DNA of 64,000 nucleotides from Phoronis australis (Eukaryota > Animalia > Phoronida), in NCBI GenBank assembly GCA_002633005.1, contig NMRA01000972.1, positions 18,901-82,900 on the forward strand. Reading direction: 5' to 3'. The notes under the pieces are model-generated. The model made no database searches, was not told the DNA's origin, and saw only the letters and a list, made by a program, of their open reading frames with translations. This document shows, piece by piece, positions 11,079 to 23,389 of the stretch. Each line of letters begins with the position of its first letter. Position 1 is the first letter of the stretch. The translations under genes were made by a program, and so were the position numbers.

Positions 11079-14000
11079 TGATGATACTTTAAAATAACCC
11101 AGCTTTTACAGTTATATGACAACCTTCATTTTTCACCAAAAGTGGCCACCGAATATGGACCTTGATTGTGATTTGCCCGTTTACCCGAGCCCCTAGAAAC
11201 ATGTCGTTCACTTTGCACCGTGCATAAAAAGGAACGATTTCCCTATTAAAGCCCGCTTGCGCGATTGCAACCAAAAAGTTTCAAGGCATGGTACAAACGC
11301 AAGTGTATGGGATAAGCGTTTTCGGGGATGAGTAATTTCAAGACTATCTGTGTCTATGCCTATTTTTGCTTACTGTATGTAGACACTTTTTGTCATTTGA
11401 GGAAATGTTGATACGGTGTCTAAGTAAAGACATATGTTCATGAGGACATAATTACGTGTCTAGGGATGATGTCTTTATAAGGACACATGTCTGACGACAG
11501 TGCCAGGACATATTTGTGTGTCCAGGGGTGGGTGCGATGGGTACCAGTTAGAAATGTCTAACTGTCCAGCTGGACCATGAGTTTACTGTGAAACCAAGCA
11601 ACCTAAGTAATGCAAAATAATGAAAGCTAAAGTGAGATTCAATCACTTTTCCTCAACAGTTGTGTGGAGTGTAAGACCAAATTTATGACTTCATTGTTCA
11701 GTCACCTTTCATGAAACAGATGATAGTGCTGATGCCACAACGCCAATTACCCACCAGAGGGTGCAAAATGCAGTACCTTTGGTGGACATTCATTGCTGGT
11801 AAAGGAAAGACACTGATGTAGTTGGTAGTACATATATTAAGCATATAAAACTTCCTCGTTTTAGCTAAATCACAGATTGGAATGGCAAACCTTGATAAAT
11901 AGAAATCAGCATGTGGACAGAAAGGCAACTGCAGTTGGTGAAAGTAACAGAATTGGTCTCCAGTCTTAAAGCCAAACTGTGGGCATGTTTGGATGTCCAA
12001 ACATCTGTGACTTTAAACTGAGATAAAGCAAATATGAGACAGTTCAAGGTATGCAAAAGAACTTCTCATAGTTGGGAAGCATTAACTAGTCAGACAAACA
12101 CAAAATTAAAACAAAAATACAAGACTTGTTATAGGAATGTTTAGCATGACGTCATTTTGACATCATTATGACGTTTTGGACCCAGTGTGACGGCATGACT
12201 ATTCTTATTTGCGGGTCCAAATTGCCTCATCAACTGCCATGACATGTCATCACTAAACATCAAAATTGAAAAGCATGCATGTCTCAAAATAATACTTCAT
12301 ATTTTTCTTTTTTTTTGCTCTGTGTTGGAAGAGACCAGTAAATGAAGGCATGAACTTTGAAATCAAGCAAAAACAAATGTAAAAATGTAAAAAATACACT
12401 AAACAATGAGATCTGTAACTGATCAGTCTAAAGCAAAAACAACAATTAAACATGAAATATTTGGAAGTTAACACATTTGATCCTGGGACCTGCAATGTTA
12501 AACAAATTTGAAAATATAAATGTGAATGACTTAGCAAGCAAAAGACAGCTGAGCAGTTACCTGAAGTGTGATTTAATGTAAAAATTATCAGGAAACTGCG
12601 AAAATCTAACGCAGACATATATTATAGAATGGACAATATAAAAAGAAACAAACATAGATATCTCCAAATATCATGTCTAAAAACTGCGTTGTTCTGTTTA
12701 TCACAAACAAGCAATATTGAACTTGCAGCGTGGTTGATCATACTACGATTTCTCAAAATGTCAAATGGCACATGGCTAAAAACAAAGAACTGTGGGACAA
12801 TTGCATTCACCACTACATGGCAGTAATAAATAAAGTTTTCCATTTTGACATCTGCCTAGAACAATAAAGCAGAATGTAATTCATCATTGTAATAAGGGAC
12901 ACATATGGTTTACCTGAATGCAGGCATTTCTGTTAGAAGGTACCTTGCTTTACTTGCGACACATAGTGACTTTCTAGTTAAGTACCAAAATATATCAACA
13001 AAATCTAAGGCAAATATGTTCAAAGTAGACCAACCAGTTGAATACAACTTATCCATGTCTGTGCAAGCACCATTTGGAGCACAACACATATCAATATCTT
13101 GCACAGAGTATATGTAACGGTCAGACCGAAACCTATCCCAGAATTATTTTGTTTGAGTTGGTCACATTATTGAGATACCATAATATGGTCAATCTAACCC
13201 AATAGCAACATCCTAAAACCCCACAACGCCACTCTAATAGTGCCACATTTACCCACAATCCAAAGGGGTGCTGTTCTTATCTTAACACTATTTCACATCA
13301 AAACTAGTTAATCTCCATTCGAATGCTGGTGAATGTTTTACCTTTACACAGTAAGTTGTAATGGTGATATCAAACAATATGACAAGCTGAGTGAGGCGTG
13401 ATTTTGGTACTCATCATGGTTAACAACCAGGTTGTTTGAATTGGGAAACAAAATGTCAAAGGTGGGCATTAAGTCGAGTGTCAGCATTTAAAAATGAAAT
13501 TTTTGGGAAGTAGGGTTAGGCATTTACAGGAATGGGTAAACGAATTGGACTCGCATATCAAGCTCAGGCATACACTGTATCTAGACACTGTGGATCAACA
13601 CTGATTTTGGGTTTTGCGAACCAACATTTAAGTTGTTTACTTATCCTTTACCTAAAACTAAAAATAAATGATACTCCGCACAATCATCCACTTGCCTTGA
13701 TGATTCCGTGTCGCATTTTAATACAGTTAATTAATGGATCAATCCCAGAGATCTCTTCACTCACAACAACTTTTTTTTTACCTGATAAGTCCTGGACTTG
13801 GTACCATGTTGATATTGACAAGTTTTGATGGACTAATAACACTTCAGGTCTATTAAACACCTACCACTCGTACCAGAGCACAAGATCTCCCAGAGAAAGG
13901 AAAAATGTGGACAACTGAGGGTTACAATGTTAAATCAAAACTTTGTTCATGCCATTGCTGGCTATTCAGTGCTAAAATCAAACTTCAATTCACTTGTGAG

Positions 14001-14766
14001 TTGCATTGTTTCAAAAACCTGGGGTCTAATAGTTTTAGTTGAGATCAAATTAAAAATTACTTTTGGTATTTTCTTTTTCCACAAATTCAAGATGATTGTC
14101 TATTGTTCAATGCTTGAGTGCCTACTGGCTCAGATGGACAACATTCTAATACTCGTTTGCACTTAATGACCTCATCACTAATGCTAGCAGTTGAGTCAGC
14201 ACTTGAAATATTGAGTCCTTACCTTAAATCTAGGGTCATCGAGTGCAAACTTGGGCGTAAACTATATTGTACTGAAGCGCATAATAATAGACACTTATCT
14301 TGAATTTGTACAAGATAATGCCGAGAATAATTTCGAGTTTAATTTCGAGTAGATTAGATAACGGATCCTGATTTCTTGGAATGAGCTTCTCTTATGTGAA
14401 AAACTGCACGTGAGGATATATTCAGCTGCGAGGTTACTTACGTTTTGGGAACTGAAATTTGCACAAGACGTGTATTCAAAAGGACTGGTTGCTTTTAAAG
14501 AAGCCTCAAACTATAAACTGGGGTGGGCGTTAAGCTGAACATATTGTGGCCAAGCATTCAGTTCAACATAACCATGGACCTGGATGAGTATGGCATCATT
14601 CAGCTTATAAGTGTGTTAGCAGCCTAACCTTCTGAAAACTAGGTCAACCAAACAATGCATTTTTCTACCTCCACAACAGAGTTTTGAATTTGGTATGTGG
14701 CTACAGCTGGTCATTTCTTTTACCATGTTCCTACACTGTATCAGTCATAATGCTGGCTGTAATCTG

Positions 14767-14865
14767 TTACCTCCTCCTTGGAACTGGTTCTTCTTCACTT
14801 TCTTCTTCCTCTTCATCTTCATCCTCCTCATCTTCTTCATCGTCTTCCTCACTATCATCATCACC
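14767..14865 (-). CDS. CIBAR1: CIBAR1 last coding exon, acidic tail (GDDDSEEDDEE...PVPRRR*)
   Basis: Phase-0 acceptor ttaag and D/E-rich tail as in FAM92. The in-frame TAA overlaps a possible AG|GTAACA donor, so a further exon cannot be excluded. Confidence 0.78.
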   Translation of the reverse strand, partial: GDDDSEEDDEEDEEDEDEEEEESEEEPVPRRR

Positions 14866-17800
14866 CTTAAGAATTTCAGTGAAAAATTAAACTTGTGTGC
14901 AGAGCCACCAATAGGTGGTAAATAAAACTAAAACTGGAAACATACGAGACCCCAGGGACATGTTTGCAAGATGGTGAACAGTGTTTTTTTAGGTGTGTAT
15001 GCTGCGTTTTGTGAGATCAGCAAGATACTGTTAGGTGGTCAGCAAGCAGTGTTTGTGAGTCTGCTGGATCAGACCCATGAGCCATGTTTATAAGCGAGGA
15101 ACTATTTCTTGAGTGTAAAATTTGTGTTGTTTCCACCCCCTGTAACTGTCCCGGAATATACATGGTTGTTATTTACATTGACAATTCAAGACTGACTTGA
15201 AAATTGCTGCCTTAGCAATGGAAGAAACTATTAGGTACATGAATACAGAGCCTTTCTCGAGTTAAATATCAATAGTAAGTCAGCAAATCACTAACTATGG
15301 CCCTGATTGAATATTCATGTACTTAACAATTCATTGTAGAGATTGTAATCATTATATAAGCAAATGACTTAGAATTTCAATGCAATAACGAGAATAATAG
15401 AGAATTTTCAAAGTTAGTGACAATAAATAGTTTGAATTTGCTTCATTGCATGTCTTACCATCATGGCTGATCTGTTTGTGTTCAACGATTGTTTAGCTGG
15501 TTGTGGTTGTGTCACAACTGGTGTGGATATTGACTGCGCTGTCGAGTTGAGCGACTGTCGTGATCCATACTTTTGAAGTTGCAAGCGAGAGGCTGAGCTC
15601 TCCGGCCTCAGGGAGTTACGGAACTCCTGCAAAGGCAAATACAAGCATGAATGGTTCCATCGCCGTCACTGCCATGAATATGTCCGTTACAGACATGAAT
15701 GGCTTCGCTACAGATATGAATGATTCATTTGCAGTTACAATACTCATTATCACTCAGTTTGTTGCACAACAAATGGTTACTGAAGCCACAGGATGCAGAA
15801 AACAGCCAGTCCTTGCTAAATGAACAACACAAATATGTGTATAGCATGATAATTACTATCAAACATGCAAATACCAAAAACAAAAGCAAAGAAAAAGTCA
15901 GAAAAAGCACTAAGTAATGTTTTCAAAATTGATAAATATCATCTCGGTATTTTTGAAATTGAGATTTTATGGAAAAGATTTGTAGCCACAACAAAGTTAC
16001 TTTTATTTTGTACACTTGTTATGAGTTGCAATAAAATGATGCAGATACAACTACCAAAAAGCAAATAATTTGAATTAGGTATAGCAATATGAGAAATGCA
16101 ACAGTGAAAGATTTAATTATTACAGAATGAAGACACAAACAAACAAGCACAAAAATGGTATGAGGCTGGTTTGTAATTAAAATTTAAGTTGACCATGAAT
16201 GAAACTAGTGAAAGTATTCAAATCTAAGTTGAGTCGATGGGAACCCTAAAGCAAAAATGAATCACCTTGATTATCGTGTAATAAGCCAAAAATGGAAGCA
16301 ATATCAACAACTGAATCAAGGGCATGAAACAGGAAAGATTTACAATGTCAACTAGGTTAGTTTCATTCTTTGGCATGCCACACAGAGGGAATTCAGGGCT
16401 GTCTAGGCATGCTGGTGAGACTATGAGTTAACCTATGAGAGCACAAGTTTCGCAAAATGTCGCACCTGTAACATAAATCCAGGAACTTTGTACAAAACAT
16501 TGTTCTGAGTAAGCAAAGCACTACGCCACAAACCTCCAAATCTTCTTCCTCGTTCAACTCTGACAGTGACTGGTAACATAGTGTATACAACTCAAGGGCT
16601 TTGGCATGGAACATCATCTCTATGGTAACAAAGTCTGACAGATTAGTCTGAAAACAGAAGTACACTGAATTGTTGAGCATATGTTAAACTATTTGTATGA
16701 TTAGTTGAGCTCACACAACTGATACTAAATGTGACATTCCATCTGCACTAACAGACATGAGTGATGTTTATGGGAATCTTTCCTAAAGCATTTTGTATTA
16801 ACTTCACCCATACATCTATGGTTCAAGAATTAGACATACTATGGGAATTCTGTATTTACACAAACATTGTCATCAAAGGATAATAACCTCACTACAGCAC
16901 AAATAAATTTTAACCAGACATTGTCATAAGACAGTTCTATTATTCAATTAAGACATGATAACAGCATCCCAAAAATGTTTATACTATCCTAACAAAATGT
17001 TGTTTTTCTAAGTAGTGATACTAATATAAATGAAGCATGAAAAATGCAGTTCAGCTATATCAGATTGTAATCAAACAGAACTGCCACCTATTGGTCAAAC
17101 AGAAACTAGATGAGATGCAATGTGCTGACTTGAGGCAAAACCTAATCAAAGTTGCTCTACGATCTGTTATCACCAAACTCGAGATTCCGCTTGAAAATTG
17201 ACCAATCGCATCCAATGACATCTAAAAGTTAAGATAAATAACATACAAAACCGAGCCACACGATTGATCAATATTCAAACTGAGTCTCAAGTAAAGTTTG
17301 TAGGTCTCCGCCATAGATTCACGTAAGACCAATATCAACATATTCACAATGAGTTGTAATAACAAATCAAACAAAGGATTATTCATCAGAACAGCTACAC
17401 CTAGCTTTGTTGCATGAACACTGACTGAAGTGATGTAGCCAACAGATGCCCACCTTCAAGTCTTGCACTTTCTTCTTTTCAAACTTGTCCATCTCCTCTT
17501 CAAGAGCCTTCCCTGCTCGACTTGCATCAACGTGGGCTTTCTGCAGTTCTGTCTCAGCTTTAGACTACACGGACAAAAATCAAAGATGAGTTGCAAGTGA
17601 TGGTTATTTCCTGAAAAGGCAACACGGTGCCCTTTTGGAGGTCAAGTTCATACTAAAATACCACAGGTTTGCGGTGCAGTGTCTGATCACAGAAACAGCA
17701 GTGTAAAATTTTAAGTACTAACGTGTCTTACTAAAAATGTGAAAAAGACTTCCACCCAACACGTCAAAAAAAAAAAAAAAAAAANAAAACAAGAAACAAC

Positions 17801-20800
17801 AAACAGGTGCCTCGTAAAATTTAAAACATAACCAGCACAGTATTCGTAAAGTTGTTTACTGCTGTCAAACAGTGCCTTATTACAGATATTGAAGATGTCA
17901 TACGAAAAATCATGAAACAGCATGAACATTAATTTATTCTCAATAGAAGAAAGTAATGCCTTCCTGGTAGTAAGAGACATTTAACCTTGCTTAGATCACC
18001 CCAGACATTTGGCAGCCTATATGGCCACATTTCTACTTGAATATTTCCCTAAAACAATATACTAAACATTGCTATCCAGTGTGTCTTTACCATCTTCACA
18101 GAGTCACGTTTTGTCAAGCTCATTGCATGCTGTTCAAAGGTTGAAAATGGCAGAACAGTAGTGCTCCTAATCAACAACGGAACTCTCCAAATCATACTTC
18201 ATGCATGCCGTAATAAGACAACTACAATATACAAACAATATGGTACTTTATCTATCATCAGATATCCTCAGGGTTAGCAATAGTTAATATTATATTATCA
18301 CTATCATTGTCATTATCATCAGTATTATGATTTACCTATTTACAAAAATAAATATAAGAAAACTTGAATCTGTTGTTAGTTTGGTTTGTAGTTTGAAGTC
18401 AAAAACAACAATTAGTGAAGTTTTTTAAATTTGAGTTAAAACAATCAGCCTTTGATAAATAAAATTATGATAATTTTGGCAATTATTTTTTGTGTGAAAT
18501 AAGTGAAGAATTATCATTAACTCCTGATCAAAAACTACACACCACTTTTTGGAATCAAGGCACGACTACAACACAGTAACACACATCCACTTTGATTCTG
18601 TCTGCGTGACGCATCGCAATTAAAACATACAATACAAGAAAAAAGTAATCGTAAAAAATACCGCCTGAAAGACTATTTCTATTAACAGCAAAAATGGCCA
18701 ACAATCACTACTGTGGCAGCAAAATTCTAATTGTAGATTGCTTATCCACCTTTATAACTTTCCTGTTGATTTCCCTTCATTCTTGGTCATGAGTGAAGAC
18801 TACTCAGAAGATGAATTCCACTTCCACCCAGCTGCATGATGAGAAATCTGGGACATTTTGATCGAATGATTTTTGCACATATACAAAAAGTCCCTCAAAA
18901 TGCCTATGAAGGTGCTAAAGGCACACTGAACCTGGTGTTTAACAAAACATGTGACCACAACATACCTTTTATACCAGAGTGGATACGGAAGTGTTACAGA
19001 TGTATTTGGATGTTCCTCACTATGCTAATGTATAGCAGGAACTTAACGACAATGATATTTTAACATAATCTACTCTAAACAAAATGTAGCTGTATTCACT
19101 GACAACTTGTCAATGTGAAAACAAAAAAATCTCCAAAATATAGGACCTTTGCACTAATGACATAAGACGCGGGCTCCCATAGCCCGTATCATGTTGTGTT
19201 ATTCCCCAGCACCACGTCACGATACTTACTGGACACAGTTCAGTGATTTGCAGCAGATCACTTTCGCCACAAAACTTGTTCTTAAAAACATTTGACAATT
19301 TTCAACCTACATCATATTCACATCATAGCTATGTGATGTGCTTCTACCTAATTTGGAAAAAGCACTCACAAAGATAAGGCATTAGCCTGCAGGTTACACA
19401 AGCACACCTACTTGTTTGGAACGGTCTCTGGAGTTCTTGGCCTTATCGACCTGTTGTTGTTGCTTGGCTTCCCTGTCTCTGGCTGTGAAGGCATTCTTCA
19501 GGTCATTCTGATGGGGTTAGAAGTAGACACATAGTTAGACATCACCAACAGAAAATAACAGTTCCCCGATAATTTAGAGAACTTAAACGACAAACATATT
19601 ATCGTACTCTTTTTAATAATTGTCCAAGCTTTAGCAGCCTTCAGATTTATATTGATAAAAAACACCCCATGTGGACATTTCAGTCATGGTAACTCAATAG
19701 CCAAAGTATTGCATTGTGCCTAAGATCACCTTTGCCATTAAGATTGTGTGCCAGTCAAACACAAGGGAAGAAACAAATACAGGATGGGTTGAAAATCTTA
19801 CTAATCCAAATCTTACACTATATTTTATGATTGAGTACTTTTTAATTTTCTCATATTTCAAGTCATGGAAGCATGAAACTTTTGTTTGATACTGATACTC
19901 CTATTTTAGGCCCATTTCTGAACATGATTCAATAATTAATAGTGCTTTCAATCCATGCTCCACGTCTCTGAATCTAACTGCAACACAAACACTGAAGTTT
20001 GTGATAGTGGAGTTATGAATATCCAGTGGAATTATCGCTAATTTCTCATTACCGACGGAGTGTTGCCATAGATTTTCTCTTTCAAATACCTTGGAAGAAA
20101 ATAATCAGTAAGAGAAAGTCTTATTCCGTGTTGCATTGACAATTTATGGCCGCCGCACTTCCCTAATCTCCCCCCTGCAGTGCTCAGCAAAACAATACAC
20201 AAGCAACGGATTTTCTGCTACCGCTAAATTTCTGCATGTAAGGCCAAGAGCGTATATGTGGCATTTCAAGATACAGTCATGCATGCTTTAATCCTCTACC
20301 AATGCAAACTGTATTGGTCTGTCAGGAAACTTACTCTAGCTTGTTTCAATACTGTTCCATACAGTTTGAGAGGTTCCACAACCTTGGCCTCTAGTCGATC
20401 AACCTGTGAAATGAACAAGCAAAAACCATTTGAACCAAGGAAAAATGTGTTCACTTACAAACGTTATGAGTGCCGCTGAACTCACACATGTACAGTGCAA
20501 TTACTAAATTTGGAAATACTAGTTGTTTGTCGCAGCTACTTCATAGAAAAAGAGATAGGAGGCTTCACATCCCTTGACATCATGCGATGAGAGATGTTTT
20601 TCATCTCATGTATAAAGATAGATGCTTATAATAATTACATGAATGTTTTATTGAAAAATTGACAAAGGAAACATCTTTTTGCAGAGAATCATTACTTACT
20701 CCTCTAATTATTTGTCAGACTAAAACACATTTGTTTTCTTTGTACTACAAAAACATGCAAGTCCACAATACTCTATGTTTAAGAAGCAACCTATACAGTG

Positions 20801-23153
20801 ACCATTGGTTTAGCTGTTTACAAAAACAGAGAAACCTGTTAATCAGCAAACCAAATTCTATTTTAATGTTTATAAAATTAGGAAAATTCATTTTATCATA
20901 AACGTAAAAGTAACAGAAATGTTCTGGGAAGTACTTACTCTTTTCAATGCATGCCAAGTTGATTGATTGTTAACTAGAAGACAACGTAAAAAAGCACCTT
21001 CAGAAAGAAAATGCGCAACTACCATGCATTTTCAAAGCAAACGCCAATGGAGCTATGGCCAGAATGAGTCTTGAGTGTGCAAATTTCAGTAATTAAAAAC
21101 AAAAAATAATAGAATCGCATACACTACAGAAATATGCAAACTCAATGGCAGAATTCCAATCCCATGAATCTCCTCATTTTCCTCCATTAGGAGAAACAAG
21201 GTTTCAACTAATAGCTTTAGAGTAAACACCAATGCCTTGATAAACTACCTGGGCATTTCTGTAGTCCTGAACAGCAGACAGGTTCTGTGAGAACTGCAAG
21301 AGTGACTTCTTGCTCGATGGGTTGTGGCTCACATTCTGGGCATAATCATACATCAGCTGGGAGATGGCATCCCCTGTAGGAAAAGGGCACGTTGTCATTA
21401 TGCAACACACTACCATACTAATCTAACTATTCCCCATACCTTTTTAAGTGCTCCCCACCAATTAATGGATGACACTGAAAACCTTGTGCTTATCCATTTT
21501 GGACAAACTCTGATAGCACAAATTTGAGAGTTCATTTTTGGTTGCGGCCTCCACTATTAAGGCATTAAAACTCCTTGTGGTGCACTTTGATGGTTACGTA
21601 AGCATTGCATAACCATCACAAATGGGATCTTGATGGTTAAATTGGATACATATAGGTTGTACAATTACTGTGAATTTGACTTTTCATATCTTGTCTAACA
21701 TGCCTTTAAAATCTTACTGCATGTAAAAATAATCCCCTCCTTTTGGGGAATCTCCCATGTGCCAACAGAGTTCATTATTTGTCTGAATCCACTAGGCACA
21801 CAATAGCATGAACTTGTTTAAATATGATCACTTGAATGCCTTGTAGGTTTAACGTTTGGATAATTTCTTAACAGTTTATTTTTCAGCTAAAAACAACAAA
21901 AAGATGTCTAAACAAAAATGTAACATTTATATAAGTGACACTAATTGTGTCATGACTGAGCTTCATAAAGTAATGAACATGACCATTACCACCAAACTTT
22001 ACTTGAAACTTGAATAAAAAAACACCAATTGTGTGACATGCTTTGACAGATCTTTAAAGTTCAAGAGACACGGCTGATCAATTTTCAAGCTAATTCTCAA
22101 GTCTTAGTTGTTACTCGCTCACCCTTGTCTCTAATTTTTGCTGTCTTTCTGGTGTAAGCAGCAAACTCCGCACAGAGGTCTCCAAAATATTTCTCCACTG
22201 ATGTAACTCTGTCTTGCATAAACTTGGACTGATACTCACTGTCAATTAAAAACATATAGACAGAACTGGGTCCAGGGATTAATTAATCTTTGAACACAGA
22301 CTCAAAGCATTACCAATAACGCCGCATCATCCCAGTACAAAATTGTAATTTTACTCGAAGATTGCCATCCAATAGGTCAATTTTCGAGAATCTAGTAAAG
22401 AGATTAGACATTGCGGCCCACAGTATATAGCCTATATACTTTTGAAATTTTTGTTACTTCAGAGCAAACTCAAGGTAATTACACGGATTTTTCTCCATGA
22501 ATCAAAAAAAATTAACAGACTTCAGAGCAAAAAGTCGTGCCTCTCCTATTAAATGAGCTATGTTTTAAAATTAACTTCATGATGGATCAGTTAGTGGAAT
22601 ACGCAAACTAAATTACTGAGTTAGTTGAGTTTCCGGATTGTCTTTTGTGACTTTGAGCACCTATCTCGCACATCTGTCATGAACACTAAAACTGACACAT
22701 GCATGACCTCTAACCTTTCAGGTCAAGTTTGTTAGATTTGCCTAATTGGTTGTTTTATGAACCCCTCTTGTGGCTAATTAGTTTATTGTTTTGGCCAATC
22801 AGGGCGAGAGTTTGAATGACACATCTTCAATTCAGTTGAGCATTGAACCATTGATCTGACCAGTGACTATCAGCGTCAGCTCAGGCAGTGTTACAGACAC
22901 TTGTATACCAATAATCATGTCATAAAAAATCAACAACACGCTGGCAACCATAGTCAGAAAACAAACCCTGAAATTTTGCCTGATTCAGGGTTGGTATGCT
23001 CAATGCTGCGTTACATTTGAATTGATGTATTTGGCTACTGGCTAGCAGGCAACGTACCACTGCGCTGCACGAAATCATTTATTATTACAGAAAGTGCTTT
23101 ATAAACGTAACCTACCCCGAAACAATGGAGGCATTTGTGCGATCTAGAGTCAT
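14767..23153 (-). CDS. CIBAR1: CBY1-interacting BAR domain protein (CIBAR1/FAM92A-like), 9 coding exons, about 311 aa
   Basis: Exons with GT-AG boundaries and consistent phases: 23153-23116 (tentative), 22238-22123, 21373-21249, 20403-20335, 19507-19412, 17564-17454, 16647-16534, 15626-15459, 14865-14767. Peptides SVEKYFGDLCAEFAAYTRKTAKIRDK, QDYRNAQVDRLEAKVVEPLKLYG, TARDREAKQ, AETELQKAHVDASR and FVTIEMMFHAKALE..EEEDLEEFRNSL match FAM92A/CIBAR1 as recalled, including the acidic C-terminus. CIBAR1 versus CIBAR2 orthology is not resolvable here. Confidence 0.93.
15459..15626 (-). CDS. CIBAR1: CIBAR1 exon 8 (EFRNSLRPESSASRL...NRSAMM)
   Basis: ttgcag acceptor, GTAAGA donor, 168 nt, FRNSL motif. 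Confidence 0.88.
15647..15737. repeat. Degenerate 21-27-bp tandem repeat (ATGAAT core x4) next to the CIBAR1 exon 8 acceptor
   Basis: CATGAATGG, CATGAATAT, CATGAATGG and TATGAATGA at 27, 21 and 21 bp spacing. Confidence 0.65.
16534..16647 (-). CDS. CIBAR1: CIBAR1 exon 7 (TNLSDFVTIEMMFHAKALELYTLCYQSLSELNEEEDLE)
   Basis: tttcag acceptor, GTTTGT donor, 114 nt, conserved IEM.FH.KALE motif. Confidence 0.92.
17454..17564 (-). CDS. CIBAR1: CIBAR1 exon 6 (SKAETELQKAHVDASRAGKALEEEMDKFEKKKVQDLK)
   Basis: tgtag acceptor, GTGGGC donor, 111 nt. Confidence 0.9.
19412..19507 (-). CDS. CIBAR1: CIBAR1 exon 5 (NDLKNAFTARDREAKQQQQVDKAKNSRDRSKQ)
   Basis: atcag acceptor, GTAGGT donor, 96 nt. Confidence 0.9.
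20335..20403 (-). CDS. CIBAR1: CIBAR1 exon 4 (VDRLEAKVVEPLKLYGTVLKQAR)
   Basis: cacag acceptor, GTAAGT donor, 69 nt, near-identical to the FAM92 motif VERLEAKVVEPLK. Confidence 0.93.
21249..21373 (-). CDS. CIBAR1: CIBAR1 exon 3 (GDAISQLMYDYAQ...SAVQDYRNAQ)
   Basis: tacag acceptor, GTAGTT donor, phase 1 to 0, QDYR motif. Confidence 0.9.
22123..22238 (-). CDS. CIBAR1: CIBAR1 exon 2 (EYQSKFMQDRVTSVEKYFGDLCAEFAAYTRKTAKIRDK)
   Basis: acag acceptor, GTGAGC donor, conserved FAM92 N-terminal BAR helix. Confidence 0.92.
23116..23153 (-). CDS. CIBAR1: CIBAR1 candidate first coding exon (MTLDRTNASIVSG)
   Basis: AAAATG start and GG|GTAGGT donor; phase 2 matches exon 2. Other in-phase donors exist nearby. 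Confidence 0.5.
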
Positions 23154-23374
23154 TTTCAAAATAAATATACTCTAACCGTTCAGCGCTATCTCCTTGCAAA
23201 CGCCTCGATTTCAAGCTGAAGGGAACTCACATTTCGATCTCTTTAACGTAAAGAGCTAGTACGATCCTGCAGAGCCACCTGCGGAGACATCGAGTGCTTG
23301 TAAAATGTAAATAGAGGTCTGTGAAAGACTGACAAACACCATACTTAATATGATTCCAGTGAGACGAAAAGAAA

Positions 23375-23389
23375 TTCGCCATGGTTGAC
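23375..23389. promoter_or_regulatory. RFX X-box-like motif at the CIBAR1 5' end
   Basis: GTCAACCATGGCGAA on the minus strand, about 220 nt upstream of the candidate ATG; another site GTTGCCATGGCGTA is at 27011-27024. Confidence 0.38.

Larger units (their letters stand above)
8615..11188. mobile_element. Unclassified non-autonomous TIR element of about 2.6 kb with an iterated internal motif
   Basis: Left end TCGGGTAAAC--------CACAATCAAGGTCCATAT; right end (reverse complement) TCGGGTAAACGGGCAAATCACAATCAAGGTCCATAT; 9 internal copies of GTAGTGTACGTACCC; no coding capacity; no TSD found. Confidence 0.72.

Noticed and set aside
10574-11122. ORFs of 152-177 aa
   Set aside because: They span an N gap.
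11698-12056. Possible extra exons or a small gene downstream of CIBAR1
   Set aside because: No recognisable protein motif and no phase-consistent splice partner found.
14684-14925. Poly-Ser and Phe-rich plus-strand ORFs
   Set aside because: Antisense of the acidic CIBAR1 terminal exon.
15560-15823. Plus-strand ORF with MN..AVTD-like repeats
   Set aside because: By-product of a tandem repeat with unit lengths divisible by 3; GTG start and no supporting gene structure.
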